A stretch of 64,000 nt of DNA from the human T2T-CHM13v2.0 reference genome, Homo sapiens: the NCBI RefSeq assembly GCF_009914755.1, contig NC_060947.1; one strand, written 5' to 3'. The notes under the pieces are model-generated. The model searched no databases. It saw only the letters and a list, made by a program, of their open reading frames with translations, and was not told where the DNA came from. Position 1 is the first letter of the stretch, and every line of letters starts with the position of its first letter. The translations under genes were made by a program, and so were the position numbers. Positions 60,476 to 64,000 of this stretch are shown here, piece after piece.

Positions 60476-62377
60476 TTGTCATTTGGTTTGGGTCGCAATT
60501 ATACATTGAAGAAAATTGAGACAAATATGGTAATATTAAAACAAAAAAATTATATATAATCAGGTAAGGGAGATTCACATGCTAATTACTTAAAAATTAA
60601 AACTATGTCTCCCCTCATGCCTCAAGTTTGGAGTGCAGTTATTATTTTAAAGCTAAGGATCATCAAAAACTGAATATTGTGCTCTCATATGAATATAAAT
60701 CTTTGGAAAACATTAGTTTTGTTCTGGGAATGTATTTCAGAATTTGATTTAAACTTTAGATAACACAAAAGAGGGGCTCTTCAAAAGATGCCAGAATGAA
60801 GTTATACGAAATATTACTGTTAAAGTTTATGTAGAATGTTAGAGTGTATTCTCCCTGAAACAACATGAGAGAAGGGTAAATATTTGGAGCTAGGAATTAC
60901 TTCCTTCCGTATATACATTTTTTTTTCCATTGAAAGGAACCTAAATTGATAGGCTACTGTAGCTCAGGTGCTGCGTTCTGCATTAAGAGGGTGTTATCAA
61001 GGTGGATGTGGAACCCAATTTAGAGTTTGATTGTTTTTACTTTTCCAGTATATGTTTACAAATGGAGCAGTCAGAGCAACAATTCAGACTGTTAGTTTGT
61101 AGATATTGTGCTCTTGATTTCTGGTAGTGGATTGAGAACTACCAGTAATACAATATGTATAAATCTATACCATGATTATTGTGGAGAAATAACTTTTTAT
61201 CTCTGCTTTAAAACCTTCTTGTGTTCTGTTTGTGTTCTTTAGAGTTATATCTTGTCGAAAGAAACTAAGTTACAGAGGAACAGAAGTCAGTGTTATATAA
61301 AATATCAGAATTGCATCATAGGACAAAGAGACAAGCAGGGGAAAAAATAATCTTTCGATTTAGAAAAACAACAACCCAGAGGTAAATATGCTGGCATGGA
61401 AAGTAAAAAATGTTTGAAATTTTTATTTTTCCTATTGGTTATGAGTTTCAAAAAAGAATGAGGAGAGAGAGGAGGAATCATACTTGGTCTCAGAAAGCCA
61501 AATTATAAATCCATAAGAGAATGAATTATAGCCACTCCTGATTCTGTTCCCACACTATGAAACATTACTTTCTTAATTATACAAATGATTAAATAAAAGA
61601 TGTATTACTTTATGTCAGATGCTAACATGAGACAATCCACATACTGAACTTGCCAAAGTGAAATTATGTAAGACAAAATATCTTCATTACTATGTTTAGA
61701 GTTAATGAATCTAGGTAAACTAGGGAGTATTATGTAAAATACTGCTGACTTGCAAATCAATTTGACAATACCTAAGAAAAGTGACAGTGTGAACACCCTA
61801 CAACCCAGCATTTTTCACTCCTAGATGCATAACGTATAAGAATATTTATAGCATCGTTGTTTGTAATATAAACAACTGAAAACAATCCAGTTAGAATCAA
61901 TGAAATAATTTAGGTAGAGGAACTTGTATCAAATATAGATGAATCTCTAAAAACTAATGTTGCACAAAAATGACAACTTATCAATGGATCATTGTAGTCA
62001 ATGCCATTTTTATGAAAATTAAATTTGCATAAGAATAGTCTACAGTGCTTAAGAAAAAATATTTATATAATAACCATATAAGACATTTTCACATTAATAA
62101 AGAGCATTACAGGATAGTGGTTTCCCAATAAGAGGAGGCAGGAAAATATTTTGGTAGAAGAGTGTACAGGGAGCTTTCAGTATATTTTGTAATGTTTTAT
62201 TTCTTAAACTGGGTGATTGATAGATGGGTGTTTGTTATTTTAATATTTATAAATATTATGTATGTTTGAAAGTTAATAAATATTAAAAAAAACTCTTCAT
62301 AGATTACTAACCTACTAAAAATATTTGCATTTAGGAAGAAAAGGGTGGCTGTGAATAAACACACTTTAAATGCTTCG

Positions 62378-62768
62378 GTTATCCATTGCTGCATATCAAA
62401 CTACCCCAAAACGTAGACGTTTAAACAACCATTTTATTTGTACCTGGCATCTTTGTGCTCCTCTATGTGACTTTTCTCCTCATGTGGCATATTTGAGCTT
62501 CCTTACAGCATGGTTGTCTTAGGGTAGTCATATGCCTTGTACATTAATATTTTCAGGAGGGAGCAGTACAGTTTGAAGCTACAGTTTCCTTAATGTCCAA
62601 TTTCATAAGTTACACAGTTTCTTCTGCCACATGTTATTGGAAAGTCTAGATTCAAGAGGAAGGGAAATAGACTCCATCTCTGGATGGGGGCATGGCAAGT
62701 TCCATATTGCAAAAAACATTGTGAAATGGGAGCTATTATTGCAGCTAACACTGGAACACAATCTATCA
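62378..62768 (-). mobile_element. MLT1 LTR remnant
   Basis: gttatccattgctgcata..aaactaccccaaaac...gattcaagaggaagggaaatagactcca. Confidence 0.65.
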
Positions 62769-63842
62769 TATCAATATTAAAAGTTGTCATTCTGAGATGT
62801 TGGATAATTGGTGATTTTTTTCAACATTTGACTTCTCAGCACTCATCAGTTTGTCTACAATGATCATAAATACAATGTTTAAAAGACAAATTATCTAATG
62901 TAGAAAATAAAATCTTACCTCATAATAAAATTAACAGTAGGTTAGCATTGGTTATTAAACATTTCTTATTTGAATATAGCTATGAAACTTTTATAAATAT
63001 GATCTGGTATCTTACCTTCTAAACAATAAAATCTAATACAAAAATTAAAATACAAAAATATTCAAAGAAAACTTCACTTTTGACTTCTTATCCTCTCCAA
63101 CTACACTGTGCCCCCACTTTTTTCTAGCTGTTGAAGACAGTCTTCTATAATTATTGGGTAATCATTTTGTCTCCATTTCCTTACCTCCCATTTAAACTTT
63201 AACCCATCCCAAACTTCCTTTTGGTATACTCACTACATAAAGCTGCCATGTTCAAAGATCATTAAACATTTAATTAAAGCCAGTACTATGAATGAGAGAA
63301 TAGTGACTAGAAATAGAGAAGAAGTTACTCAGATAAAAATAGTCATTGCAACTACAAGTCTAGAAACTTACAAGTTTAGTTAATATCAATATTACATGCA
63401 CAGAAGAAAAACATAGTTATTGTAAATCATTGCATTATTATGTACAAAAAACAATTAGAGATAATGGGTAAGAAAAATGGCAGATTGGGCAAAGTGGAAA
63501 AGCAGATTGGAGAAATAGAAATTACACTCAAGTAATGGGTTTTCCCTCAAATGGAAACGTAAAGCAAAAGAAAAAATAGAATTTGACAGAGAAAGATTGA
63601 TTTAAAATTTCCAACTCTATTTAAAGGGGGGTTTAGAAGGAGAAAATAGTGAGGCTGGAAAGGAGAAAATAGCTTAATTCACCATGTTCAAAAAGAATTC
63701 CCAGCAGTATTTATCTTCTAGACTTGATCATACAGTATTGTTAAATATAGCCATAATCCATTCAGTTGCTCAAGCTAGAAATCTGGGAGTCATCTTTGAT
63801 ATATTTTTTCACTCAATAATCTTAGATCAAATATATGAACAA

Positions 63843-64000
63843 GGCTGGGCGCAGTGGCTCACACCTGTAATCCCAGCAATTTGGGAGGCTGAGGCAGGCG
63901 GATCACCTGAGGTCCGGAGTTCAAGACCAGCTTGACCAACATGGAGAAACCACATCGCTACTAAAAATACAAAATTAGCCAGGCGTGGTGGCGCATGATT
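63843..64000 (+). mobile_element. AluSp-like, cut by the window end
   Basis: gaccaacatggagaaacc diagnostic. Confidence 0.93.

Overview
Primate (human-like) AT-rich, repeat-dense intronic or intergenic DNA. No prokaryotic features, CRISPR arrays or RNA genes were found. The only confidently identified gene-derived sequence is a processed HMGA1 retrocopy (47223-49002). It has a 17-bp target-site duplication (TSD), an uninterrupted 107-aa HMGA1a ORF with AT-hooks 1 and 2 mutated, and a full 3' UTR. The rest is mostly transposon fossils. These include about 14 Alus, several nested L1s, an Hsmar2 mariner split by an L1 fragment, MER5/MER81/Charlie/MADE1 DNA elements, THE1/MLT1/LTR16/MER4/MER50 LTRs, and a MER57-type ERV1 provirus (51853-58600) with an env remnant and three nested solo LTRs. 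I could not establish a new biological system. The best leads are the ORF-intact HMGA1 retrocopy, several repair or template-switch scars (a 69-bp fold-back, a duplicated Hsmar2/L1 junction, a triple-TSD Alu, a 34-bp L1), and a speculative set of minus-strand exon-like islands that may be a decayed multi-exon gene. Repeat subfamily calls are from recalled consensus sequences and need confirmation with RepeatMasker/Dfam.
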